A stretch of 64,000 nt of DNA from contig JBJKRI010000002.1 in the NCBI GenBank assembly GCA_046704725.1, positions 18,285-82,284 of the forward strand, in the 5' to 3' direction. The notes beneath the pieces are model-generated. The model saw only the letters and a program-made list of their open reading frames with translations. It had not been told where the DNA came from and did no database searches. Source of the DNA: Candidatus Woesearchaeota archaeon. Lineage in GTDB: Archaea; Nanobdellota; Nanobdellia; Woesearchaeales; SKIA01. How positions within the stretch are numbered: position 1 is the first letter of the stretch; every line of letters begins with the position of its first letter. Positions 17,769 to 26,586 of this stretch are shown in pieces. The position numbers were made by a program, and so were the translations under genes.

Positions 17769-17812
17769 TATTTTGCCAATCGCAGGCTTGAAATACTTGG
17801 AGGCACTCTTCC

Positions 17813-18001
17813 ATGATTATGGACGCTGCGGAGATGGAAAAGCGGATACGGCGCTTGGAACGCGAGGTCGCAGACTTGCGCGCTTCGTCTGGAGAGCCGC
17901 TCACGCAAGACGAGCGTGAAGCCGTCGAGAGCTATCGCCGCGCGAAGAGCGAGGGAGAACTCATCCTCCACGAGCGAGTCTTGGAAGAATTCGGTCTGTG
18001 A
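17813..18001 (+). CDS. small antitoxin-like protein
   Basis: 62 aa, paralogous to 19327..19515 (both end in ...FGL or ...LGL). Overlaps the downstream RelE gene start. Confidence 0.5.
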   Translation: MIMDAAEMEKRIRRLEREVADLRASSGEPLTQDEREAVESYRRAKSEGELILHERVLEEFGL

Positions 18002-18258
18002 CCCGCACGCTGCTCTGGCAGCCCCGTGCGTTGCGGTATCTCCGGCGCATATCGAGAGTGAACGTGCGGTCGTTGCTGAGACGGGCGGAATCGCTGTGCG
18101 ACAATCCATTCCCGAAGGATGTGGAGCTCGTGCGGGGAGAGAAGGGGCTGTACCGTACGCGTGTCGGCGGATATCGAATTCTCTACACGTTCAATGAGCT
18201 TTCTGTCGATGTCGTGAATGTTGATAAACGCGGGCGCGTCTACAAGAGGAGAAGATGA
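17998..18258 (+). CDS. RelE/ParE family toxin
   Basis: ...GGYRILYTFNELSVDVVNVDKRGRVYKRRR; paralogous to 19512..19766. Confidence 0.7.
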   Translation: MTRTLLWQPRALRYLRRISRVNVRSLLRRAESLCDNPFPKDVELVRGEKGLYRTRVGGYRILYTFNELSVDVVNVDKRGRVYKRRR

Positions 18259-18284
18259 CGATATACCCAGCAAAGAGGGCTCTT

Positions 18285-18348
18285 GGTACGGAACGATCCG
18301 GAACCTCAAGGGAGCCACAGAACTCTGCCTGGAGGATCTTCCAGCGCC
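18285..18348 (+). pseudogene. hicB-like C-terminal fragment remnant
   Basis: Translated RNLKGATELCLEDLP versus HicB RNLKEATELYLAEFP; there is no full ORF. Confidence 0.3.
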
Positions 18349-18417
18349 CCACCGTGAATACCTGCAGTGTGGATATCCGACCGCACGGCTTTTATACCTT
18401 CGTCGCTCCGCACACGC

Positions 18418-19227
18418 ATGAAGAAGGTCAAGCTCACCGTCACGGGCTTTCCCGGCTGGCACCTCGAGTGCACGGCCATGGGCGTCAAGTACCTGGGAGA
18501 GACCTTCGACATCCACACGGGCGGCATCGACCACATCCCCGTCCACCACACCAACGAGCTCGCCCAGGCGGAGGCGGCCTTCGGCCACGACCACGCCCGC
18601 GTCTGGATGCACAACGAGTTCCTCCTGGACGAGACGGGCAAGATGGCCAAGAGCAAGGGCGATTTCCTGCGCCTGCAGACACTCATCGACAAGGGCTACG
18701 ACCCCCTCGACTACCGCTACTTCCTCCTCCTCACGCACTACCGTAAACCCGTCACCTTCACCTGGGAAGCCTTGGATGCCGCCGCGAAAGCGAGAAAGCG
18801 CCTCACCGACAAGGCCATCGAGCTCAAGAGGACCGTCTATGGAGGCGACACCGCTGCTGCCCCCTCGTCCCCCCATCCCTCCAAGGAACGCATGGCGTTC
18901 CAGGCCCGCTTCGCGCAGGCCATCAACGACGACCTCAACACCCCGCAGGCATTGGCCGTCGTCCACGACATGATCAAGAGCGATCTTGCCGGCACGGAGA
19001 AGCTCTCCCTCCTCCTCGACTGGGACCAGGTCCTCGGATTGCGCCTCAAGCAGGCGGAGCGTTCCGGAGAGGATGTCCCCGAAGACATCCAGCGCTTGGT
19101 GGATGAACGAGAGGCTGCACGCAAGGACAAGGACTGGAAGCGCTCCGACGCTCTGCGCGACGAGCTCGAGGAGAAGGGCTGGCAGGTCAATGACACGCCC
19201 GAAGGCCCCGTCCCCGAACGGCTCTGA
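18418..19227 (+). CDS. cysS: cysteinyl-tRNA synthetase, C-terminal half (GFPGWHLEC region, KMSKS as KMAKSKG, anticodon-binding domain)
   Basis: MKKVKLTVTGFPGWHLECTAMGVKYLGETFDIHTGGIDHIPVHHTNELAQ...KMAKSKGDF. Own ATG, with a TTTTATACC box about 25 bp upstream. Confidence 0.85.
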   Translation: MKKVKLTVTGFPGWHLECTAMGVKYLGETFDIHTGGIDHIPVHHTNELAQAEAAFGHDHARVWMHNEFLLDETGKMAKSKGDFLRLQTLIDKGYDPLDYRYFLLLTHYRKPVTFTWEALDAAAKARKRLTDKAIELKRTVYGGDTAAAPSSPHPSKERMAFQARFAQAINDDLNTPQALAVVHDMIKSDLAGTEKLSLLLDWDQVLGLRLKQAERSGEDVPEDIQRLVDEREAARKDKDWKRSDALRDELEEKGWQVNDTPEGPVPERL

Positions 19228-19284
19228 ACCGGAAATCCTCCGTCCGTTCCGGAACTTCTCACAAGACACGCACGCCCCAAAGCT
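19226..19284. promoter_or_regulatory. F1 upstream module copy 4 (reverse orientation; contains the 10-bp palindrome GTTCCGGAAC)
   Basis: aaccggaaatcctccgtccgttccggaacttctcacaagacacgcacg. Confidence 0.6.
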
Positions 19285-19326
19285 TCTTGCCGTTCCGTAA
19301 CCCTTATAGTCGCGGAGGACTCCCGT

Positions 19327-19515
19327 ATGGACATAGTGGAGAACGGTATCCCTGAACGCGTCGACCGCATCGAGCGCCGCTTGGACGAGCTCGAGAAGCG
19401 AGCGGACGAGACCGCGGATGCCGCCGACCGCGAGGCGATCGCCGCGTACGAGCGTGAGAAAGCGCGCGGCACGCTCGTCCCTGATGCCAAGCTCAAACGA
19501 GAGCTTGGTCTGTGA
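19327..19515 (+). CDS. small antitoxin-like protein (paralog of 17813..18001)
   Basis: 62 aa; a TTATAG box lies about 20 bp upstream. Confidence 0.5.
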   Translation: MDIVENGIPERVDRIERRLDELEKRADETADAADREAIAAYEREKARGTLVPDAKLKRELGL

Positions 19516-19766
19516 GTAGAGAGATTCGCTACTCGAACCAGGCTTACATCTTCTTGCGCCGCCTGCGCACCCCGCTCGCCAAGACCCTTCGCCGTCGCAT
19601 CCTCGCGTTGGAAAGACAGCCCTTTCCGCGTGGCGTCCGGATGCTGCAAGGGACAGGAGGCATGCTCCGCATACGCAGCGGCGATCATCGTATCCTGTAC
19701 ACCGTCTCGGACCGCCACGTCGACATCGTGCGCATAGACAAGAGAGGCCGCGTCTACAAGCGCTGA
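19512..19766 (+). CDS. RelE/ParE family toxin (paralog of 17998..18258)
   Basis: ...GDHRILYTVSDRHVDIVRIDKRGRVYKR. Confidence 0.7.
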   Translation: MSREIRYSNQAYIFLRRLRTPLAKTLRRRILALERQPFPRGVRMLQGTGGMLRIRSGDHRILYTVSDRHVDIVRIDKRGRVYKR

Positions 19767-19793
19767 GCAGCATGATTTAAGAACACTGCTACC

Positions 19794-20168
19794 ATGGAGA
19801 CGCGCATGGAACCCGAATCCGCCAAGACCCTCGTGCGCGTCCTCGGCGCGCTCCACCTCGCCTTCGGTATCATCGCCGTGCTCGTCGCTCTCGTCGGCGG
19901 CGCCTTCACGCGCTTCATGGGCATGCAGGGCATGGTCATTGCAGGAGCCCTCTTCGGCTTGATCGTCGCGCTCGTCTTCCTCTACGCGGTCTTCGCCGTC
20001 GTCGTCGGCATCGGATTGATCCGCCTCGAGGCATGGGCGCGCATCCCCGGCATCGTGCTCGGCGCGATCAGCTTGTTCTCCATCCCCATCGGGACCGCTC
20101 TTGGCGTGCTGGACATCTACTTCTTCGGTTTCGACAAGGACGTGCGGAAAATCTTCAAGAAGAAGTGA
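19794..20168 (+). CDS. small integral membrane protein (3-4 transmembrane segments)
   Basis: Strongly hydrophobic helices with a basic C-terminal tail. Confidence 0.5.
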   Translation: METRMEPESAKTLVRVLGALHLAFGIIAVLVALVGGAFTRFMGMQGMVIAGALFGLIVALVFLYAVFAVVVGIGLIRLEAWARIPGIVLGAISLFSIPIGTALGVLDIYFFGFDKDVRKIFKKK

Positions 20169-20186
20169 AAAGAAAAAGAAGGGTCC

Positions 20187-23100
20187 TCAGCCGAAGATGC
20201 TTCCGAGCCAGCTGAGGATGCGTTGCAGCAGGTTCTGATTCTGCTGCAGTTGTTGTTGCAGGTCCACGCATTGTCCGTTGCTGCATTGGTTGCTCAGGCA
20301 CTCGAAGTTGTTCTCGCAGCTCGCGTTGAGCGATTTTTGCTGTTCGAGCGTCTTTTGCAGTCCGCAGTACTCGCTCACGCCGTTCTGCTTGACGCGCGTG
20401 CCGATTGGGTAGCACAGGTTGTCCGACGTGCATCCCGGACAGCTGTTGGCCGTTCCGGAGGTGCCGGTCTGCGTGCCCGTGCCGGTCTGCCCGGAGGTAC
20501 TGCCTGTGCTCGGGGTCGACGGGATAGAAGGCGCGCTCGGCAGAGTCACGTTCGCCGCGACGGCGGTGCAGCCGGTCGTGTCAGCGCTGTTCCCGTTCGA
20601 CCACGCGGTGAGCATGGTCTTGAGCTGCGATGCGGGCATGCTGCATCGCATCTGTGATTGCATGCTCTGCAATGCGCTCTGGGCCGCTTGCGATTCCTGC
20701 TGGGCGATCTCCGTGTCCGTGTATCCCTGGTCGCGCAACGACTGCTTGAGGGCGTCGCTATACGTGACGCTCTCGACCGAGACGTCGTGCAGCGTGAGCA
20801 CGCAGTCGCTGCCGTTCTTCCCGACGATGCTACCGATCTCCTTCACCTTGGTGATGACGCCGAACAGGTTGTACGTGGTCTCGATGTTCGCGTTGGTCGG
20901 CGTGCACTGCGGCGCGGCATCGATGAGGCACGAGTAGCCCGTACAGCCCGGATTCTGTGTGGTCGTCGACGTGAACGCGCCGTTGCGGATGTTGTACGCG
21001 TTGTCGATGGCCCAGCTGTCTCCGGGTCCGAGCACGTTGCTCACCTTGCCGTTCACGAGCAGCTTGACGTTGCTGCCGCTCTGGACGAGATTGGTCACCT
21101 GGTAGGTGCCGCCGACGACTTTGAGCGTCTTGGTCTGTTGCGGACCGAGCATGGTGCTCACCGCGCAGGTTCCGGGCGTGTTCCAGATGCAGATGGTCGG
21201 GAACGGCACGATAGTTGTGTTTCCTGGGTTTGGGTTCGTGCTTCCGTTATCCATAGGAGTCACTTGCTGGAGCCGGAAACTCGTGGCGCCATTCGCCCCG
21301 ATGGACCACCAGCCGCCGGGCTGCAGGGCGCTCCCTGTCTGTCCGTTCACCTGGAAGACGTCGCCGTCGGTCATGTGCGCGGCGTACGTGACCGTGAACT
21401 GCTGTCCTTCCGCGGTGTACGTCTTGGTCTGGTGCAGCGCGAGCGTGTCGGTCACGTCGCAGGCGCTGGTCGGATCGCTCGAGCCGATGCAGAACTGCGC
21501 GATCGCGTTCCCGACGCTCGGCGGCGGGATGTCCGTGGTGTCGATCGACAGTATCTTGATGTCGTAGTTGTCGCCGATACCCATCTCGTCTCCCTGGTGC
21601 AGGTTGAAGTTCGAGACGCCGTTCGCGGTGAGTCCGGTGTGGATGGAGTCCGCGGACAGGATGTGCACGCCGATCGTCTGCTGGTTGTCCACCGTGTATG
21701 TCTTCGACATGGTGGGTTGGAGCGTGTCGGTGACGGTGCACACGCCGGCGCTGTTCTTGAGGCAGAACTCGACGATGTAGTACTGTCCATTGCTTGTTGT
21801 GGTGCCTGATCCTGCCGATCCATTGGGTGCCGCGAGGCATGCGCCATCGCTGCAGCCGTTCGTGCAGTTATGGAAGGCCTGTTGGAGGAAACCTGCTTGG
21901 CAGTAGACCTCGACCATGGCAGGGCCGCTGCTCACGACGCTGCCTTGCGAAGACGCTTGTGTGAGGCATGCGTCGTTGCCGACCATCTGGGGCTGTTGTG
22001 GGGACCAGTACCCGACCGCTTGTCCCTTGACGGCGTAATTGATGCCGCCGTCCGAGTCGGTGCAGCCGATCTGCGCGGTCGTCGTGCTGAGGGACTTCAT
22101 GATGATGGAGAGTCCGGGAGCGAAAGTCCAGCTCCCGCCCTCAGCTATGCCGGGACCTTGCTGTCCGTCGACGGAGAAGACTGCTCCTTGCGTGCCTCGA
22201 CCGACGAACAATACTGTGTAATCCTTCCCATTCACAGGGTCGGTGTGCGTCTGCCCCGCGGTGAGCGTATCCGTGAATGCGCAGCCTGTGCTGCCTGAAC
22301 GTATGCAGAAGCTCGCGACTGGGGTCGTTCCGGTGCTTCCCGTATTCGTGCTCGGGGCGCCGTTACGTAGCGTGTAACTGCTGTCCAGCGCCGTGCTCGA
22401 ACCAACGCTCAGCGGCTGGCTGTACTGGCCGTTGATGAGGAAGATGGTTCCTGCGTCCGTCTGCATCATGTACTTGACATCGTACAATCTCCCGCCGAGA
22501 TGCATTGTCGTCGTCTGCTGCGGGCTGAGCGTCGTGCCGTATACGCACGTCTGCGGGTCGGTGTTCTCCGTCGCGCATATCGTCGCAGGGGTCTGCGTGT
22601 CGTGCGAGACATCGTTCACACGGATGCCCAGCGTGCCGACCATTCCGCTCTGGCCCGCGGACAGGAGCGGGCCTTGCACGCCGTTCACGCGGAGGCTCGC
22701 TTGGCTGTTCTCGATGCCGGTGACCGTGACATCAAATTGCGCGCCGTTCAAGGTATAGGTCTTCGTCTGTCCTTCGAAAAGTGTGTCGTTGAGGGGGCAG
22801 GTGCCGGCTGTCGTGTACATGCAGAACTGCACGCCGAGCTCAGAGTTGGTCCCGCCGGGCGTGTATGCTGCGTCGATCGTCTGCTGGAACGTCGAGTATG
22901 GCTGCGCGCCCGAGATCTTCTGTCCGTTGATGAAGAATTCAGGTACTCCTTTCACGCTGTTCGTGGTACCGTCGTGCATGTCTGTCGCGAGCGATTGGTT
23001 CGCCGCTCCCAGGTCGCAGCCCGGCGACGAGGTGATCGTGTAATCGTTCACGAAGATGTTGTGCAGGTTCGTGTAGCCCACGCTTTCGGCGAAGCCGCAT

Positions 23101-23396
23101 TCCACCATCAACGATTCGTGCGTATCGCCCGGGTATTGGCCCTCGAGCGGGAACATGTGGACCACGAGCTTGGCCTTGCCGGTCGCGATGTAGTTGTCCG
23201 CGATCTGGGGCAGCGTGTCCGTCCACCATTGCTTGACGAACGGGCTTTGCGTATCGATGTATGCTTCTATCGTGACAGGAGCGCTCGCGCTCCCGATGGT
23301 GTTGCCGTTCTGGGGCAACTGGTATGGGTCCGTGGCGTGCGCGGCCCCGACGAGCGCGAGGGCGAGCAGCACTGCCATGATGAGTGCGTATTTCAT
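20187..23396 (-). CDS. large secreted or surface protein (1069 aa), signal peptide, T/S/G/N/Q-rich, Cys-rich C-terminus
   Basis: N-terminal MKYALIMAVLLALALVGAAHA signal peptide. Low-complexity beta-rich body with many NxS/T sequons. C-terminal Cys cluster. Confidence 0.65.
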   Translation of the reverse strand: MKYALIMAVLLALALVGAAHATDPYQLPQNGNTIGSASAPVTIEAYIDTQSPFVKQWWTDTLPQIADNYIATGKAKLVVHMFPLEGQYPGDTHESLMVECGFAESVGYTNLHNIFVNDYTITSSPGCDLGAANQSLATDMHDGTTNSVKGVPEFFINGQKISGAQPYSTFQQTIDAAYTPGGTNSELGVQFCMYTTAGTCPLNDTLFEGQTKTYTLNGAQFDVTVTGIENSQASLRVNGVQGPLLSAGQSGMVGTLGIRVNDVSHDTQTPATICATENTDPQTCVYGTTLSPQQTTTMHLGGRLYDVKYMMQTDAGTIFLINGQYSQPLSVGSSTALDSSYTLRNGAPSTNTGSTGTTPVASFCIRSGSTGCAFTDTLTAGQTHTDPVNGKDYTVLFVGRGTQGAVFSVDGQQGPGIAEGGSWTFAPGLSIIMKSLSTTTAQIGCTDSDGGINYAVKGQAVGYWSPQQPQMVGNDACLTQASSQGSVVSSGPAMVEVYCQAGFLQQAFHNCTNGCSDGACLAAPNGSAGSGTTTSNGQYYIVEFCLKNSAGVCTVTDTLQPTMSKTYTVDNQQTIGVHILSADSIHTGLTANGVSNFNLHQGDEMGIGDNYDIKILSIDTTDIPPPSVGNAIAQFCIGSSDPTSACDVTDTLALHQTKTYTAEGQQFTVTYAAHMTDGDVFQVNGQTGSALQPGGWWSIGANGATSFRLQQVTPMDNGSTNPNPGNTTIVPFPTICIWNTPGTCAVSTMLGPQQTKTLKVVGGTYQVTNLVQSGSNVKLLVNGKVSNVLGPGDSWAIDNAYNIRNGAFTSTTTQNPGCTGYSCLIDAAPQCTPTNANIETTYNLFGVITKVKEIGSIVGKNGSDCVLTLHDVSVESVTYSDALKQSLRDQGYTDTEIAQQESQAAQSALQSMQSQMRCSMPASQLKTMLTAWSNGNSADTTGCTAVAANVTLPSAPSIPSTPSTGSTSGQTGTGTQTGTSGTANSCPGCTSDNLCYPIGTRVKQNGVSEYCGLQKTLEQQKSLNASCENNFECLSNQCSNGQCVDLQQQLQQNQNLLQRILSWLGSIFG

Positions 23397-23423
23397 GGGA
23401 TATCGATAGAGAAGTCCGTATAT

Positions 23424-24206
23424 CTATTTTGGCTGGAACGATTCGTTCCAGGCGAATCTCTCCGTGTTCCCGTAGTCTTCTGCCACGATGAGCTCGCGGT
23501 CGAGCAATCGTTTGGTGATGCGGTGGAACGACGTCTTGGGTATCTGCAGGTCTTTTCGCACGACGCCTGCGATGGCGGGTCCGCGCGTGCGCAGGTAGTG
23601 GGCGACCCGCCTGTCTTCGGGCGCGAGCATGGCGAGCATGCCTGCGTACGGGTCTTTCTTGTTGTTCACGTATCGCGCAACTCCATAGCCGATCCCTCCG
23701 ATGAGGACTAAGAGGATGACTCCGGCGATCGCGCCGGCCGTGTAGTTGTTGAAGCGGAAGCTGACGTCGGTCACCGCGTTGGCCTCGACGGTGAGGCGCA
23801 GGGTCTGCGTCTCGGTCCCGTGCGTCGCTGTCAGGACGCAGTCGCCCGCCGGCGCGACGATGAGGAAGCTGTCCGTGACGGGGATGTCCGTCAGTCCGGG
23901 GTTGGGGCAGTGCACGGCGACCACTGCCTCGCCGTTGACCGTTCCGCGTACCATGCCGACCGGGACCAATGTGATGACATCGCCGTCGGGCACGCCGCCC
24001 CGGTCGAAGACCCCGTTGCTGTCCGTGTCCAGGGCGACGAAGCGCACGCGTGTGGCGTTCAATACCGTGGGGGAGTCCATCTCGTGCGCGTACGTGCCGT
24101 TATCCGTCCACACGCGCACGAGCGCGGCGTGCTGGGCGGGAACAAGCGCATAGGCTCCCAGGAGCGGCAGCACCAGGAGCAGCAGAGCGAAACGGGCTGC
24201 ATGCAT
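23424..24206 (-). CDS. membrane-anchored winged-HTH regulator (signal peptide, extracytoplasmic domain, transmembrane segment, cytoplasmic wHTH)
   Basis: Signal peptide, then the transmembrane segment AIAGVILLVLIGGIGYGV, then ...LQIPKTSFHRITKRLLDRELIV HTH. Confidence 0.5.
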   Translation of the reverse strand: MHAARFALLLLVLPLLGAYALVPAQHAALVRVWTDNGTYAHEMDSPTVLNATRVRFVALDTDSNGVFDRGGVPDGDVITLVPVGMVRGTVNGEAVVAVHCPNPGLTDIPVTDSFLIVAPAGDCVLTATHGTETQTLRLTVEANAVTDVSFRFNNYTAGAIAGVILLVLIGGIGYGVARYVNNKKDPYAGMLAMLAPEDRRVAHYLRTRGPAIAGVVRKDLQIPKTSFHRITKRLLDRELIVAEDYGNTERFAWNESFQPK

Positions 24207-24309
24207 ACCTTGTTTCCCTGATAGACACCTTATAAATGTTCTTCGTCTATTCTTTTTCTCCCGCCGAAAAAATCCACCCTTAAATACCCCCTAATCCCTA
24301 TACTGGAAT

Positions 24310-24636
24310 ATGGTTTTGGGACCCTTCGATATGCTAGCGAGAGCGGGCTTCGGCCGTAAGAGACCCGTCGAGGACCCCGACCAGCACTTCGCATTCATCC
24401 GGCAGCACCAGCTCCCCGAACTGCTCACCATCGTGGCCGCCCCCGACGAGCTGCGCAGCCAACGCCTCAAGGCCTACTACGACCATCGCCACCGCTCGCT
24501 CACCGTCGTCTTCCCCGAGGGCGACGATGTGCGCTTCGTCTTCCGCGAGGAGGACATCATGGTGCTCACCAAAGAGCCCTTTGTCATCGCGCGTTTCCGC
24601 GAGCGCCTCCAGGCCTCGCTCTCCCAAAAAGGATAA
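24310..24636 (+). CDS. hypothetical protein
   Basis: Coding-like composition only. Confidence 0.25.
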   Translation: MVLGPFDMLARAGFGRKRPVEDPDQHFAFIRQHQLPELLTIVAAPDELRSQRLKAYYDHRHRSLTVVFPEGDDVRFVFREEDIMVLTKEPFVIARFRERLQASLSQKG

Positions 24637-25070
24637 GAAGCGGCTGTTCCGCTCCACTAGCATGGAGATGAACGCCCCTGTGAGCACATACCTTCGAAGC
24701 GTCTTCGGGAGAATACAGGATTGGGCCTCCGAACGGCCGAGCGAGACCTGGTTCGCGCAATCCTTCGATCCGTCCTTGGAGGTGCTCGTACGCACGGAGT
24801 CCAAAGACGTCCCGCTCGGCACCCTCTACTTCAGGCTCTGGAACGAAGCCGCCTGCATCAACGTCTAAGACCACGGAAGGGTCAATATCCTCGGTATCGG
24901 TGAGACTGCGCAACTGATGCGGCTCAGTCTGAAAAAGTACCTCGGCCAGCACGTGTCGTCCGTCCCGTACTCGCCGTACGCGATGCGCGACAGCGCGGGT
25001 CGATCAATGGTGCCCCCGGGACTGCTCCGCGACGTCGCGTGAGCGTTCTCGCATAAGGTATAAGAATGGT

Positions 25071-25502
25071 GTGTGTCTCCGCTCCTGCATGGACGCAGAG
25101 ACGCCGATCAATCCACCCCGGCACCCCTCCGACCGCGCGTGCGACACCCGTCTCACGATCGACCAGCTCACGACGACTGTCGAATCGTATCTCGCCATGG
25201 AGCAGCAGGCAGAGAACCTCGATTTTCGCCGTACGGATTACCCGGAGACGATGACCTTCGCCTATCTCGGTGGACAGAATCTCCAGCATGTCCACACCCG
25301 CTTCGATTTGCTCAACGCTGGATCCCTGCAAGCCACGCTGCTCGTCACGGAAGGACGTCGTCTTATACTCGTGGCGGAGAACGGTTTTCGCAAGCACGCT
25401 CTCAAGCTGGAGGGTTATCTCCTCGAGCAGTCGTACTTCCAGCGTCGGGTGAACGTCGCGCAGGCGGATCCCGGAAGGATCGAGTACCGCGCCCGGAACT
25501 AG
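25071..25502 (+). CDS. hypothetical protein
   Basis: Coding-like composition; the start may be an internal Met. Confidence 0.25.
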   Translation: MCLRSCMDAETPINPPRHPSDRACDTRLTIDQLTTTVESYLAMEQQAENLDFRRTDYPETMTFAYLGGQNLQHVHTRFDLLNAGSLQATLLVTEGRRLILVAENGFRKHALKLEGYLLEQSYFQRRVNVAQADPGRIEYRARN

Positions 25503-26221
25503 TGGAAGCCCCAGAACAAGAAGAGTTCTCCCACGTTGCCGAGCGCGTGGATGAGAAGCGGTCCTGTCAGGCTCTTGGTGCGCTGGTAGATATAGCCGCC
25601 GATGCCGCCGAACAGCGCTACGTATCCCAGCTGCGGCAATGTCTGCAACAAGGCGTTCCCGACCTGCCCTGCCGGCGTGAAGAACAATGGCGTGATCAGG
25701 TGCATGAGCACCTCGAAGCCCGAGGCGAGGAACACGGCCGGATGCACGCGCCACGCGCTCTTGATGCGTTCTTGCAGCATGGACTGGATGACGCCGCGGA
25801 ACAAGAACTCCTCGGTGAACGGCTCGAGCACGCCGAGCGCCACGACAAAGCCGAGCGCGACCATGAATGTCGGCGACGGCGGCACTTGGAAGCTCTTGAG
25901 CAGTCCCTGCCAGAGGTCCACCAAGAAGATGGCGATCGCGCTGATGACTCCGATCGCGACGCTGCGCCAGAGCCATTTGCGCTCGAAGCGCAGCCCGAAC
26001 CATTCGGGCGGCTCGAGCATGCCGCGCGCCGCGATGATAAGCAGCACGAGTATCGGCAGGTAGGCGAAGACGGTGTACAGCCAGGCGTTCACGCGCAGTG
26101 CCTGCGCGCCGACGATGATCGCTCCCGCGCGCTCGAACACGTCGATAGAGAACGGGATGAGCGCGATGATGACGCCGAAGTTGATCAGGAGCGTGAGGAC
26201 GCTGCGTTTCCGCTCACCCAT
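25499..26221 (-). CDS. CPBP-family (CAAX) intramembrane metalloprotease
   Basis: EEFLFRG motif and HALGN motif; polytopic. Confidence 0.75.
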   Translation of the reverse strand: MGERKRSVLTLLINFGVIIALIPFSIDVFERAGAIIVGAQALRVNAWLYTVFAYLPILVLLIIAARGMLEPPEWFGLRFERKWLWRSVAIGVISAIAIFLVDLWQGLLKSFQVPPSPTFMVALGFVVALGVLEPFTEEFLFRGVIQSMLQERIKSAWRVHPAVFLASGFEVLMHLITPLFFTPAGQVGNALLQTLPQLGYVALFGGIGGYIYQRTKSLTGPLLIHALGNVGELFLFWGFH

Positions 26222-26246
26222 GGCGCTCTGCCGCGGACGTCCCTAT

Positions 26247-26555
26247 TTAAATCCTGCCGCGTGCGTACACGCCGGGCGTTGCGCTCTGAGGGGGTACGGC
26301 GATCCTCATGTAGGCAATGTCACCCAAGAAGCATCCGTTCCCTTCGATGACCAGGCGTTCTGTCCTAGGGTCATATGCCCATGCATCGCTCGTCCTGCGA
26401 GTGATGCTGCCATTCCTTAGCCGTTGATAGACATCGAGCGTGACCCTTCGGTCCCCGACGCTTGAGAGGTATGGATCGAGCGCGAGCAAGGGCACGTGGC
26501 GTCCGAGCACGACATCCAGCGTCCGCCGAAAGAATCCAGGTATCCGGTCGCTCAT
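26247..26555 (-). CDS. hypothetical protein
   Basis: 102 aa ORF of moderate composition. Confidence 0.25.
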   Translation of the reverse strand: MSDRIPGFFRRTLDVVLGRHVPLLALDPYLSSVGDRRVTLDVYQRLRNGSITRRTSDAWAYDPRTERLVIEGNGCFLGDIAYMRIAVPPQSATPGVYARGRI

Positions 26556-26586
26556 GCTATGAGTGGACTGTTGTACCTGAAAAAGC

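Noticed and set aside
17711-18418. Intein or intron within cysS
   Set aside because: The insert encodes separate TA genes with their own promoter, and each cysS half has its own termination and initiation signals. There are no intein splicing motifs, and no bulge-helix-bulge motif was looked for at the ends.
17932-19856. 613-aa and 339-aa minus-strand ORFs across the cysS C-half and relBE
   Set aside because: Antisense to genes with strong homology (cysS KMSKS region, RelE). Arg/Gly-rich composition.
24310-24868. Possible frameshifted single gene (24310..24636 plus 24662..24868)
   Set aside because: No homology anchors either part, so I could not support a frameshift call. Only the upstream ORF is listed, at low confidence.
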